Shown: positions 14,341-26,571 of the stretch, piece by piece | Layout of the letters: every line of letters begins with the position of its first letter | Numbering within the stretch: position 1 is the stretch's first letter | Origin: Octopus bimaculoides | Lineage: Eukaryota | Direction: 5' to 3' | Assembly (NCBI RefSeq): GCF_001194135.2 | Contig: NC_068983.1 | Coordinates: 8,832,259 to 8,896,258, forward strand | Length of the DNA stretch: 64,000 bases | Notes under the pieces: model-generated | The model's input: only the letters and a program-made list of their open reading frames with translations | Databases searched by the model: none | What the model was told of the DNA's origin: nothing | Translations under genes and position numbers: made by a program

Positions 14341-15164
14341 TATGTATATTTGTATATAATTTGAATTTAATTTTGTTGTATCTGCAGAAAACTGCATTGT
14401 CTGATGTGTCCTTTCTCAATAGAAATCAATTGTGAGTTCTCAGGAATTTTCTTCACTTTCTCAAAGTTTCTGTTCAATGGATGAATCCATTGGAGATCAC
14501 CCCCCGGTTTTCTGAATAAGGACATCCTTTTGACGTACAGCTGTTTGAATTAAAATTGCTGCAATCTTAAAAGCAATGAAAAGATTAGGAATTAGAAATT
14601 ACTATACAATGGACATGAATTAATTTCATCTCTCAAACTTAACATTTAAATTTAATTATTGTGATTCAATATCTATACAAAAATTTATATATATACACAG
14701 ATTCAGTGGGTTTTACTGTGCTAGAACTGCTACCGGGTTTTTAATTGTTTACGAAAGTTAACATTTTAAATTGAAATTTCTGGTTAAATAATAAAAGGAA
14801 GTATGCTTTTATTCAGTAGCTTCTGTTGTGTTAAAACCGCTACCGGGCTTTGCACTATAAATTTATATAAGACTAATTATTAGTCGTAACATCTATCAAT
14901 TTCTCTTTTCCCCACCACTATTCTTTTTACGTCTCCCCACCACACACACGCGCACACACATATCGGTAAAACCTGGGTATGGTCGTTGCTGTGAATCAAT
15001 ATGCGCCTTTTTTTTTTAAATAGCTGAGTTTGGACGAATTCAAAAAAACAATTGCAGGATTTGTAGTTAAAACGTGTAAATATGCAAAGATATGCACGAC
15101 GTATTGGCTCTCTGGGTCAGGTGGTGAAGAACTGACCTGTTCAGGGAGAATTCACAAAAAAAAA

Positions 15165-15265
15165 AGCAGACGAAGACAAGTGGTGTAGAAAACAAATAGA
15201 TGTATTAGTATAACGTTCGAGAATTGAGAAAGTCTTTAACGTTTCGAGCCTACGCTCCAACCGAA
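15165..15265 (-). repeat. Penelope-associated short dispersed repeat with degenerate hammerhead-like core
   Basis: Minus strand gagcgtaggctcGAAACGTTaaagactttctcaattctcgaacgttatactaatacatct. Confidence 0.55.
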
Positions 15266-15636
15266 TACTGCGATAAAAATGCATGTGGAAAAAATGAAGT
15301 AAAAAAAAGTAGAGAAGGTGTGGTCAGCGCTAAACCACGATGATAAGGAGGAAATTCTACTAGATCGAAGCGAATCAAGGTGAGATGCCTAAATTTTCGG
15401 AAACATGATGCAAACGAAGAGAGTGTGTATTGATGAATAGTCGACCGAAGATAATGGTGCTGCTCTTAACACGGAGCAAACAATCCAAATGTGCTAATTA
15501 CTTTTCGTACATACTAATCACGTTTGGCTGAAACACAACCATTTGTTATACGCCCTCAGAATTGAAATTCCAGGTTATGACCCACTATTTCAAATATATT
15601 AGATGTGATTGTGTGGCAGTGATGGCATCTCGCGTT

Positions 15637-15669
<33 letters not shown>

Positions 15670-16455
15670 TTCACATAGACAATATGAGTGAATTCTATCT
15701 TCTTCTGATGTAGCATGCATTTTTTCTTCACATTATCTGAAATATGATAATTATATATTTGATAATTATATATGTTGTATATTTGCATTGCCAGTTTTAA
15801 CATGTCAACGCCAGACACACTACTCTTTCCTACATTAACATCACACTACTTTTAGTATAAACATTTCTTCAGAACAATAAATAACAATTCGTCAGTTACA
15901 TATATCGTAGCCTCGTGAAGTAATTGCTTAGTCATAGTCATAGTCATTTAATTTATCCATACTTTCGATATATATTTATTTAATTTCGCTGTTAATCTCT
16001 TTCACAAGATGTTATTTTATGCCAAAATAAATACTGAATTCGAAACATTTCATTTGTTTTCTGTATTTATACGAACGCAGACTTATATATCTCAAGATGG
16101 TTATTTTAATATGATACTATTTGTCTGGCGTATAAATGATTTTCATTTGGCCAGTCGGTTAATTGCAACATCAGTTAGATTTCAGCCAATCTTTTCCTCT
16201 ATTAGTTACGACAGATTTTGTTTTAGCTTGGATACATGTTACTGAGAGAGCAGAAAGAGGCAAAAATGCGTTTGTAGTATTCTCCCCGCCACTGCTACGC
16301 GATTTTGGTCTACAGTTGATATATTTTAGATTTTAAACATACGTTATATTAAATCTGGACGAATACCATAGTTAGTTTGCTTTTTCCCGTTGTATCTGCA
16401 TTATGTATGATACGCATTGACTTGTGAATACCACGGATCGATCTCATTTCTAGAC

Positions 16456-16806
16456 CAGTGTTTCTCAACCAGGATCCATATGGCCCCTGAATCTCCTTAT
16501 ACGATTTTTGGGGTCTACGCAACAAAATAATAAATTTGGGATCCACAATAGTATTTTAAGGGCCCCTGAAAAAATGTTTGCTTTAGATGTATTGGTATTT
16601 ATTACAAGAAATAACCAGGTTTCTTTCTCTAATAATTTACGTACTCTAACCTATACAAGTTAATGTGTGTACAAGAAGATAGGAATTTTGAAAGAAGTTT
16701 TTTAAAACTAGTTTTTAAACATCGAATGGCTATGGGCGGGGGTCTATCAGAATAAAGTAGTAATCAAAGGAGTCCATAAATTAAAAAAAATGTTTTAGAA
16801 CCCTCG
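16456..16806. mobile_element. hAT (Charlie-like) MITE
   Basis: Left TIR cagtgtttctcaacc, degenerate right TIR ttttagaaccctcg; 8-bp TSD ttctagac/ttttagac (7/8) fits the Charlie nTCTAGAn target preference. Confidence 0.65.
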
Positions 16807-17039
16807 TTTTAGACGAACCCAGTATATAAGGACTTAGCATTTACGTTTAAAGCAATTTTGACACTTCATCGCCTCAAGAATATTAGCAAATGTAGTCGAT
16901 ATTTTTGATTATCCATTTGTTAGGAAGTAAACATACTGCAAGGGAGTCTTTAGCAAGAAGCCTTTAGCAAGAAATAGCTTTCTATTATAGCACCGAACCA
17001 ACTAATGGCTTCTGAGTGACTTTAGTTGACAGAAAATAT

Positions 17040-17320
17040 ATGGAAGCCTGTCATATATATGTGTGTGAGGTGTGAGTGTTGACTGTTTCTCCCCCTCCCA
17101 CACCACCACCACACAAACACATACACACTCTAACTCTTGACACCAGGTGCTTTATATATTTATGATACTTAAAGTTGCGGTTCGGCAAAAGGTATCGATA
17201 GAATAAGTGCCTGACTACAAAAATAAGTACTGAGGTCATTTTTGTGAGTAAACTCTTCAAGATGGTGCCCCAGTATGGCCGTCGTCTAAAGCCTGAAACG
17301 CATAATAAAAGCCAAAGATG
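17040..17320 (+). mobile_element. SINE family B, 3' half
   Basis: gcggttcggcaaaaggtatcgatagaataagt...gatggtgccccagtatggccg matches 56270-56390. Confidence 0.7.
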
Positions 17321-17439
17321 AAACAAAGATTAAGTTATATAATGCAAATAGAATCATTACACTCCTACTTTCTTATAAGCAACACAGATCACGTAATTGT
17401 TCGTTTCTTATACTCTACAGCCGGATAGCCTTGACGGTC

Positions 17440-17830
17440 CCAATTCCAATCACACGTCTATTTGACTGATAAACGTCAACCGATATCCCACGCATTGTAT
17501 TTGGAGCGTAACGCTAATTTATCTCTGATTATCATTTGAAGCTGTAAGACGCTTGGAGTATGCCTTATGTCAAATTACACTTCACATATCTTGACAAGAA
17601 GGTACTATATTCAAAATAGAATGGCCATAACCACGAATATATATTTACCAACGTAGAACATTTCATCATTTCTTGTGAATCTCGCGATGCTTCGCCCTCA
17701 ATGTCAATACAAATACTTCGCTCAAATGCCATACAGCATGTCGTAACCCACTTGTGGATTTATTTCCCTGAAAATGTTTACCCGTCTGATCATCCTGCAA
17801 AATTTCAAGCAGAATAATAACTGCAAAGTA
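17440..17830 (+). mobile_element. Highly degenerate CR1/L2/Jockey-like LINE 3' remnant
   Basis: Fragments HCIWSVT and HLWIYFPENVYP..LQNFKQN resemble HIWSGA and LWNSLP..VFP...FK motifs; broken by stops and frameshifts. Confidence 0.3.
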
Positions 17831-19743
17831 ATTGCTACATGCTGATAAAAAGCATTTAGTAAAGTTATTCGATATAAACATTCTAATTATTCGTCTCTAA
17901 TCTGACGACGATTCGAAAGGCTTTCATGGGAATTGATCTTTCAACCCGTACGTAAATGATGGCAAACTCGATAGTGGAAACTGTAAACATGCAACAAGCT
18001 GACTCCTATAATGTTGTAGTTGCCCAGATGTGAAATGATAATAATAAAAATAGCATACATTAAATCCGCCCAGAACATTATAATTACCAGAAAATCTCTT
18101 TTATAAATATCTGGACTTTTGCCTATGTATGTAATCGATAATGCTCATATCGAATATATGTATCTGAATCTTTCGCCCAGGAAGAAAGCACGCAATTCTC
18201 CTGCTGCTTTAATATATCTTCTCTCATTTTATTTTTATTCAGAAATATATAATATCGACCTTCTATCAAGCGGCAATCTACTAGCTGCTGGCTTAAGTAA
18301 GATTTAATGCAAAAGCCGAATGAATTTACTCATAACAGAGAACTAACGTATTTCGTGTTAAGAATGCATGCGAAATAAATGTGAATATTATAAATTATGA
18401 TTGACTATTATAGAGAATTTATTATATCAGGCTTTGAAATCGAGGCGTTGCGTGATTTCTTTGAATATGTTGAGACCTCTACAGTGTGCAAACAATAATT
18501 CCATCATTTTCGACAGCAGCGAATATAGTTACAACGATATGTTTCATATAAGAATGTTATGTGATCCATACACGGAAAAGAACAAAGTAGATGATATGTC
18601 ACGTTCCTCAGTAACCCTCTTAAGTTATTTAATCCATCAGCCTAATGTTAATCTACCACCCCCGTTTTGGTGCGATTATAGGAAAAAACAAAATCTATAT
18701 AATGAATATATCCAACGGTAAATGTGCAGTGGGAACTGCTTATAAAATGATACACGCAAACAGGGATACAGAATCTCAAAGGCAAATACAAAGAACAACT
18801 ATGTATTAAAACAGCAAGAGGTCAACGATGAAGTACAACAGGGCAGGTAAAAACTGTAGGATGTTTAAACTGATGAAGGTCTGTATGTATTTTATAGGTA
18901 TGCAATTTCGATAGAAAGGGAAACGAACAGTTTTTCCCGCATTAAATAGCTAATAATGTGAATCAAAGACATCGATATCGGTATATATTAAAAGAGAAGC
19001 TGAATATGCAGGTGAAGAGAAGAAAATCAATACCTCTAAATGGAGAAAGGCTTCACTGAACCCTGAGGATAGAGCGAAGCATAGTTTCTACATAGTTTCC
19101 TGTTTCATCGAATATAACGCTAATGTTTAGGGCAGATATTTATTTCTATTCACGTCTTAGTAATGGAACGAGAAATTATTGATTTGCCGCCCCATTTAAT
19201 CACTTTCAAAGAAGGCAGTTAATAAAAAGAATAATATATAAGAAGAAGAAAAAAAACAATAAAAAAAAACGAACGAAAACAAATCTTTTTCATCTGCTGA
19301 ATAACTTCGAATACGCTGAAGAACAAGTAGGGTTAGTAATTAAATATAAGCATAAATGCCTGTAATAAAGAAATTAATACTGAAGCGAGATGATTGCGCA
19401 AGTTTTATTTTTTGCTGCCTTAACGATCAGTACAAGCGTTAGAAGTGTCATGCCAAGTAAATAAAGGGGGGAAAAAATCTTCATGTTTTCTTTTTTTGCA
19501 TTTGATACAATGGATGTTGGTTTCCTTCCACTGCAAATATTGGCTGATGCTGTTTAGCTCCAGATAGACCTTGATCCAAAAGATCAGTGATCAAAAGCAC
19601 CACTAACCGTGGCGTGGCCATCCTCTCATTTTCTTTTGCTCCCAACATCATCGTCATCACACTGTCATCATCAATAACGCCGTCGTCGCTGACATTCAGC
19701 ACCCATTGTCGATGCCACCATGGATTGGGCAATTCGACAATCA

Positions 19744-19802
<59 letters not shown>

Positions 19803-19806
<4 letters not shown>

Positions 19807-19872
19807 TAAGTAGATTGCTTACCAACCACATGGTCCCAGGTTCAGTCCCACTGCGTGGAATCTTTGGCAAAT
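19803..19872 (+). mobile_element. SINE family B 5' (tRNA-like) head, cut by an assembly gap
   Basis: gtggtaagtagattgcttaccaaccacatggtcccaggttcagtcccactgcgtgg is nearly identical to 56046-56090. Confidence 0.8.
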
Positions 19873-20277
19873 NNNNNNNNNNNNNNNNNNNNNNNNNNNN
19901 NNNNNNNNNNNNNNNNNNNNNNNNNNNNNNNNNNNNNNNNNNNNNNNNNNNNNNNNNNNNNNNNNNNNNNNNNNNNNNNNNNNNNNNNNNNNNNNNNNNN
20001 NNNNNNNNNNNNNNNNNNNNNNNNNNNNNNNNNNNNNNNNNNNNNNNNNNNNNNNNNNNNNNNNNNNNNNNNNNNNNNNNNNNNNNNNNNNNNNNNNNNN
20101 NNNNNNNNNNNNNNNNNNNNNNNNNNNNNNNNNNNNNNNNNNNNNNNNNNNNNNNNNNNNNNNNNNNNNNNNNNNNNNNNNNNNNNNNNNNNNNNNNNNN
20201 NNNNNNNNNNNNNNNNNNNNNNNNNNNNNNNNNNNNNNNNNNNNNNNNNNNNNNNNNNNNNNNNNNNNNNNNNNNNN

Positions 20278-20310
<33 letters not shown>

Positions 20311-21007
20311 AAAGCTATTATCAATTTCCTAAGATTTGTAAATCGAATGGTTTGAATGTGTTTAACGTTAACTTCTATTTCTAGCACGTCCAGCAATGTA
20401 ATATTTTATTTTTAAGCTGCTAGATTAAAAAAACAAAGCGCCCTATATATCTACCGTTACGATTGAAGCGTTGTTATACACTCATAAAATCTGAATCAGT
20501 GCAACGAAAGAAATATACGCTATTATCATAAGAAGTATGCACACATGCGTTGGATATACGATGTCGGTTATCTGTGCTTGACTTAACTTGGCATGGAATA
20601 TCAACTCAATTTCCACCAGTCACGAAGTTAAGAGGCTTAACTGCTCCTATGAGGATATTGATGATTATGAATAATCAAGTGATATGTGTATAGGCTTGTG
20701 TATGTTCGTGTGTTGTGCGCGCGCGTATGTTGTGTGCATATGTATAAGTATATACGCATATCTGTGTATATAGACCTTCACACGAAAATATACAAATTAT
20801 ATGTATTTGTATGTATATGTGTGTATGTTCACGTGCGCATATCTATTTATCCATCTGTCTATCAATCTAACTACCTATCTCTCTTTGGCTCTTTTCCTCC
20901 CCCACCCTCTCTCTCTCGATATACATGTGTGTGTGTGTGTGTGTGTGTGTATTTGTGTGTGTACATATTTTATTGTATATTTATACTCACACAAATATAT
21001 ATTTATG

Positions 21008-21039
<32 letters not shown>

Positions 21040-21295
21040 CGTGTGTGATACGCACATACACGTGTGTATTTATGTTTGGCTGCAGATGCGCGTGCATGTA
21101 GATATTGCAGGGAATGATGTATTCATGCTTTCGTGATCGTTACGTAGTGCCAAATATTACTTGTATTGATCATTGTTTCCAGCTCTGAATACACCATCCT
21201 TGTAGAGACTACAATTTGTCCTTTCTACAGAAATCTGGTAGTATACGAAATACGGCACATTTAGCTGTTATTTCCAGCAGGTCTAATAACAATTT

Positions 21296-21540
21296 ACATT
21301 ATTTACATTCAACGGATATTTGTCCTCATCTTGTTTGTTGTTAACACAACGTTTCAGCTGATATACCTTCCAGCCTTCTTCAGGTGTCTTGGGGAAATTT
21401 CGAACCTGGGTTCTCATTCCGAAGTTATTTTTCGAGGTTATTATTATTATTATCCTTATTTTTATTATTGTTCAGGTCACTGCTTGGAATCGAACTCGGA
21501 ATCTTGGGGTTAGTAGCTCGCGCTCTTAACCACTATGCCA
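21296..21540 (-). mobile_element. tRNA-headed SINE-like element carrying a hammerhead ribozyme
   Basis: Minus strand: A box tggcatagtgg, B box gttcgattcc, (AAT)n linker, hammerhead motif, short tail aatgtaaat x2; possible TSD caattt (21290-21295 and 21539-21544). Confidence 0.75.
21343..21388 (-). ncRNA. Minimal type-I hammerhead ribozyme motif
   Basis: gacac-CTGAAGA-a-ggctg-gaaggtatat-cagct-GAA-ACGT-T-gtgtt: stem I gacac/gtgtt, stem II ggctg/cagct, palindromic ACGT in place of stem III, GUU cleavage triplet. Confidence 0.75.
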
Positions 21541-21879
21541 ATTTGTTGTCCAGGACACCAGTTGTCCCGAAATGCGTCGAGATTGCTCAAATAATTCTTC
21601 AAATTGTGCTTTTTGATTAAGTGCGAGCGTGTGTGTATGTGTGTATGAGGGGGTACACGCATACATGTATCTATTTTTGATATGTATACATGTGTACACA
21701 TATATACGTATGAATGGATGCATTTTCATTGCTACGTACAAGGTGTATTTGAGCCGTTTTGGCTCTGTTTGTAGTGGCAGTTATAAACATATACCAGATT
21801 GTTGTAAATTCAGTATATCATTATTATTATATAGCTAATAAGTTGACCAGCCAAGTTTTTTTTTCTTTTTAAAATTCTA

Positions 21880-22545
21880 GATTGAAGGAAACAACATATG
21901 AGCACACCCAATTAAACGCTGCTTGTCACAGCTGGCTAGGTGCAGAATGAAGTTGAGACGTGATGACAGTTTGGACGTTCGCTGTGCAATAAAAGTTTTT
22001 GTTAAAACGGGCAAAAACTTTATAAAAGCATATGAAATGCTCCAGACTGCTTATCGATTTACTTGTATGAGCCGGGCATCTCGTTTTAATTGTAAGAGTG
22101 CACCGTGAAGCTCATGATGATTCACTTTTTAATGAGCAAGGGCATTATCTACATCCCCATGGATTCCCTCTGGTCATACAGTCAACAAGAAGCACTTTGC
22201 GAACGTTCTAAAGGTGTTAAGGAGGTAATTTTGTCATAAAAGGCCAAAAATCCTCCACCGAATCAATTCAGAACTCCACATCATTATCCTGGTAACTAAC
22301 TACTCGACCGAAATGTTCATCAGGTCTGTCGTTCACGTTTCCTACAATCAAGGACTCCATTCCTGTGACATTTTGCTGTTTCTCAAGGTGAAGGGGAAGA
22401 CGAAAGAGACTGTGAAATGGGTCCTGGACACAGTGACCATTATTATATGGGGCCTTCACAAAATGGGTGGAGAATTACAACAAATGCACTGAAATCAAAG
22501 GATCGTACTCATGAGAAAATGTCTGAAACTTTCTGGAATCTAGTT
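21880..22545 (+). mobile_element. Internally deleted, degenerate mariner transposase remnant
   Basis: VRCAIKVFVKTGKNFIKAYEMLQTAY (HTH); WIPSGHTVNKKHF; ILVTNYSTEM...YNQGLHSCDILLFLK resembling PYSPDLAPCDFWLFPK. Confidence 0.8.
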
Positions 22546-22673
22546 TATATATCTATATGTCTATCTATCAATATATACACCTATAAATACATATACAGGC
22601 ATAGTTAGATGTGTTCATACATACATGCATACACACACACATACATATACAAGCATACATACATATGTGTGTG

Positions 22674-22708
<35 letters not shown>

Positions 22709-24940
22709 ATATTTATACATATATATTATATACACAATTTGAGGATGCAATTTTTCTGTAAGGGATTGTTAATAACAATCCTGATACCAACTGGCTTTAT
22801 CAAGTGTATTGAAAGAAAGTTCCTGACTATATATGTATAAACAACCTCATAAATTACAAATTCAATAAAAGAAAGTGTAGAGGAAAAAATATAATAGATG
22901 CTTGGTTCATTTTATTCGTATTACAATGGAAAAGTAATGCAAAGTAAAGAAAAAAAGATACCCATAAGAATATGTATGAAAGGAAACGGATGAACAAAAC
23001 CCCAAAATATCCGAAAAAATCCTATACATGTTTCAGTCTGACAGTATGTATGTTTAAATCATCAACATTCTAACTGTTACAGATGTAATAAACGATATAT
23101 TGCTGCATATCTTCAGGGATTGAAACAATTTGCGGGAGTTTTTTTCGGATTGTTTCCTTTCATTAACTTTTTATATGACATAAATCACACACACACACAC
23201 ACACATATATATAATTTATATATACGTTAATGAATTTGCATCATTTTATTTAATAATAAGTGAATTACATACCTGTATTATTTTGAAGTATTTTTTTCAT
23301 TGTGCATACTTTATATATATATATATATATATNNNNNNNNNNNNNNNNNNNNNNNNTATATATTAGTGTATATACGTGTGTGTGCGTTTATATGCAAATA
23401 CTAAGTTCCATAGAATCTAATGAAACGCAGCAAAAAAAAATCGATGCAGTAACAAATATACGCATGAAAAATTTCAGAAACTGGTATAAATTGATATCTT
23501 TAAAGGAATAGGAAGGCTCTGCGACAAATCAGGAACCGACTGCTTCATCAGAGCCTACCTCAATGCTTGTCAGCAACGTCAGACTTCTTGACCTAACCTT
23601 ATTCTTCTTTTTTCTACTCACTCTTGACATACTAATTTATTTCCCATTTACATTGTGGAAGGCCTACTTACAAGATGCTTAATACAAATTAAGGATTGAC
23701 CTAATGGCGTTTTTATGAGCAAAAAATTACTTGCTGTGAAGGTAATCATATTTTTCTAGAACAGTGAGGTTACTTGGATTGAAATATTTTGCGTTTTAAT
23801 TTTGACTCTTTCTTTTTTATTTTTTCATTTGCTCTGCTGTTGTTTGAGAATACGGAAAATAATCATTTCAATTGTACAAATGCCAAAAAGAAAAAAAGAA
23901 GATCAATCAAAAAAAGAATCATCTTGATTAATTAGTTAATTGAACGTAATATAATTAAATAATATAAAAAATTACTCATATTGCATTTTTACATAATTAC
24001 AATACTAAATGTAATCATGTAAATAATTATAGTAAAAATCACAATAGACTTTTTTTAAACAATAATTGTATTTTTCAACTAATAAGTTTCAATCCCACAT
24101 TACAATCCAATAATTGAATTGTTTATTACATTATTTACATTTTCTTCACAGAACACAGAATTTCGTAAGTTGAAGACATCCACCAGACGCAAACGGGAAA
24201 CGTCATTTGTTAACAAACATCAGTTTGTTTTTGAAGCGTTGAAATGTATTATAGGACAAGTTAAAAGATATATTTTCAACGGATAAATACTGAACAGTAT
24301 CTTTATACGATAAAATCCTTTTAAGAGCACATTTTTTCTGCTCTTAAAGGAGTTTATCTTATATATATAGAGTACAATATTTACGTGTTGAAAATATATC
24401 TTTCTAGTTGTTCTACAAAAGGGAAATTTTGCATCACGCAACGTCTCAAATATATTAAGCACTCGAAGCAAGTGATGAGAAAGAAAGATAAATAAAACGC
24501 CAGGGAGGAAACAAATATTGAGTAACATACCAACCAAATGGCCTTCAGTTGGAACCTTATCACCGTAAATATAGAAACGAAACGTGCAATACTTTTTAGC
24601 GAGATGTGTATCTAAAAGATGAGTGAACTTTCAACCAGGGAATGCTTTGTGTTGTATGTCTTCTGGATTCAGGCTGATTTGTTACTAAATAATAGCAACA
24701 GCTAATTAATGGTCTTTTCATTAAACGGAAGGCTGTCTACAGTTTGATAATTCAAATGAACAGGCAAGTTATAAGAATTTTATATTAAATTAAATAAAGA
24801 AATTTGAGCTCTGGGAAATAACTCAAAGCGGCCAATGGCAGGGACTTATTACGATAAATATTGAATACATACATGCTTTCATACATACACAGATGCAATA
24901 TACATACGTACATGCACACACACGTGCACACACAAAGAAA

Positions 24941-25021
24941 ATGACCATCTCGAAATATAACATTATCTCCTTCAGCATGCGGTTTCACATCAGGAATCTT
25001 GCAAAACAAATTCATAAGCGC
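24941..25021 (-). mobile_element. Short RTE LINE remnant
   Basis: 68% identical (55/81, manual alignment) to 39652-39732; frame R..I.FAR..M..RMLKEI.L resembles RTE RLRWFGHV.RM...R.PK.IL. Confidence 0.4.
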
Positions 25022-25078
25022 GCGCGCACACACACAGACACACAGACAGACACATTTATATATGTGTATGTGCGTGTG

Positions 25079-25118
<40 letters not shown>

Positions 25119-25349
25119 CGTGTGTGCGTGTGTGCGTGCGTGTATTTGCGCGCGCACTTTCATACGTGTGTATGTCTGTGTGTGTGAATACATGTGTGTT
25201 TCTATAAATTGGACATCCAAAATTTTAAACTGAAATTTTCCTCTTAAAATAATTGCAGTATTCGTTAGTTGACCAATACAAAAGGTGGAGATGATTTCCT
25301 TAAATTAAGTTCTAATTTGAGAGATCATATTTTCATGCTATACAATTAT

Positions 25350-25356
<7 letters not shown>

Positions 25357-25419
<63 letters not shown>

Positions 25420-25469
25420 NNNNNNNNNNNNNNNNNNNNNNNNNNNNNNNNNNNNNNNNNNNNNNNNNN

Positions 25470-25523
<54 letters not shown>
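25357..25523. repeat. (GA)n microsatellite spanning a gap
   Basis: Direct observation. Confidence 0.95.
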
Positions 25524-25529
<6 letters not shown>

Positions 25530-25739
25530 TGTTTTACTAAAGTTCAAAAGTTGATCTTGATGAACATCGAAACTTCAGCCAGATATATGTAGTAGTAGCA
25601 CTTCGGTGATTCGTTTTGTATCATATGCAATATGGTTCCTTTGGAAGCATTGCATAGATGTGCCCTGTATTTTTCTTTAACTTGCCGAACCTTGAGTTAT
25701 GGACACTGGCCATTTTCTTCGTAGACTTTCCGAAACGGT

Positions 25740-26030
25740 TGGATTATCTCTGTTACCATGTTCCTTAAACTGTTACAAGTGGGTACCAGCAGTAAAGACA
25801 AGGGTAGAATATTCCAGAGGGGCAAATATCTCGCCGGAAATGATTGGGTGTCACCCGCCAGACACAAAAGAAAGTGACGACTGTGACAACTTGGTTTCTT
25901 TTGGGGGAGAATTTGACACGACACTGGTGATAATATAGGAAGAGACAGAGAAGTCAGGAATATTTGAGCTGCGGCAGCAGGAGAGAAGTTAGCTCCGAGG
26001 AGCAGAAACCATTAAGATCGTTATGTTTTT
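25740..26030 (-). mobile_element. CR1/L2-group LINE 3' fragment
   Basis: Minus translation LNGFCSSELTSLL... and RYLPLWNILPLSLLLVPTCNSL resemble the LINE RT C-terminal GLCSSEL...LWN.LP motif. Confidence 0.6.
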
Positions 26031-26127
26031 GATACACACATACACATGTGTATTTATATTTGACTGCATGCGTGCATGTTTGTGGATATTGCTGGGAATG
26101 ACGTTTTCATGCTTTCCTGATTGTTGC

Positions 26128-26290
26128 GTAGTGCCAAAAGAAACCAAGTCCACACAGTAATCATTTTTTGTGTTTGGCAGGTGACACCGAATAATTTCCC
26201 ACCAGACATTTGCTCCTCTGGAATTTTCTACCCATGTCTTTACTGCTAGTATCCACTTGTAACAGTTTGTAAGATCGTTAAGTTTGAGAG
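26128..26290 (+). mobile_element. CR1/L2-group LINE 3' fragment, inverted relative to the previous copy
   Basis: About 80% identical by eye to the reverse complement of 25752-25905; RHLLLWNFLPMSLLLVSTCNSL. Confidence 0.6.
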
Positions 26291-26571
26291 TAAGAAAGTT
26301 AAGCCTGATGGAGATAGAAATATGATGGGACAGCAGATGAGTGACTTTAAACCCAATACGTTTAAGATTTTGCTTCAACTGACACTTTTGTTTCATTGGC
26401 TACTGTGATAATTTTGTTGAAGCTATGTTGTAGATCAAAGGCGATCAAAAGGAAGTATGACGAAATTGAAGATATTCCACTGTGTAACTCCTAATGAACA
26501 GGAATGGAATAATTCCTCCCTCAAAGTAATCACAATCGTGAACATATGCTTATCCTATGAATATCTATTAT

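Noticed and set aside
17901-17925. CTGACGA...GAAA hammerhead-like string
   Set aside because: Only 6 nt between core elements, no stem II or stem I pairing, and no NUH site.
18401-18721. 106-aa ORF in unique sequence
   Set aside because: Starts at TTG, no recognisable domain, no convincing splice pair.
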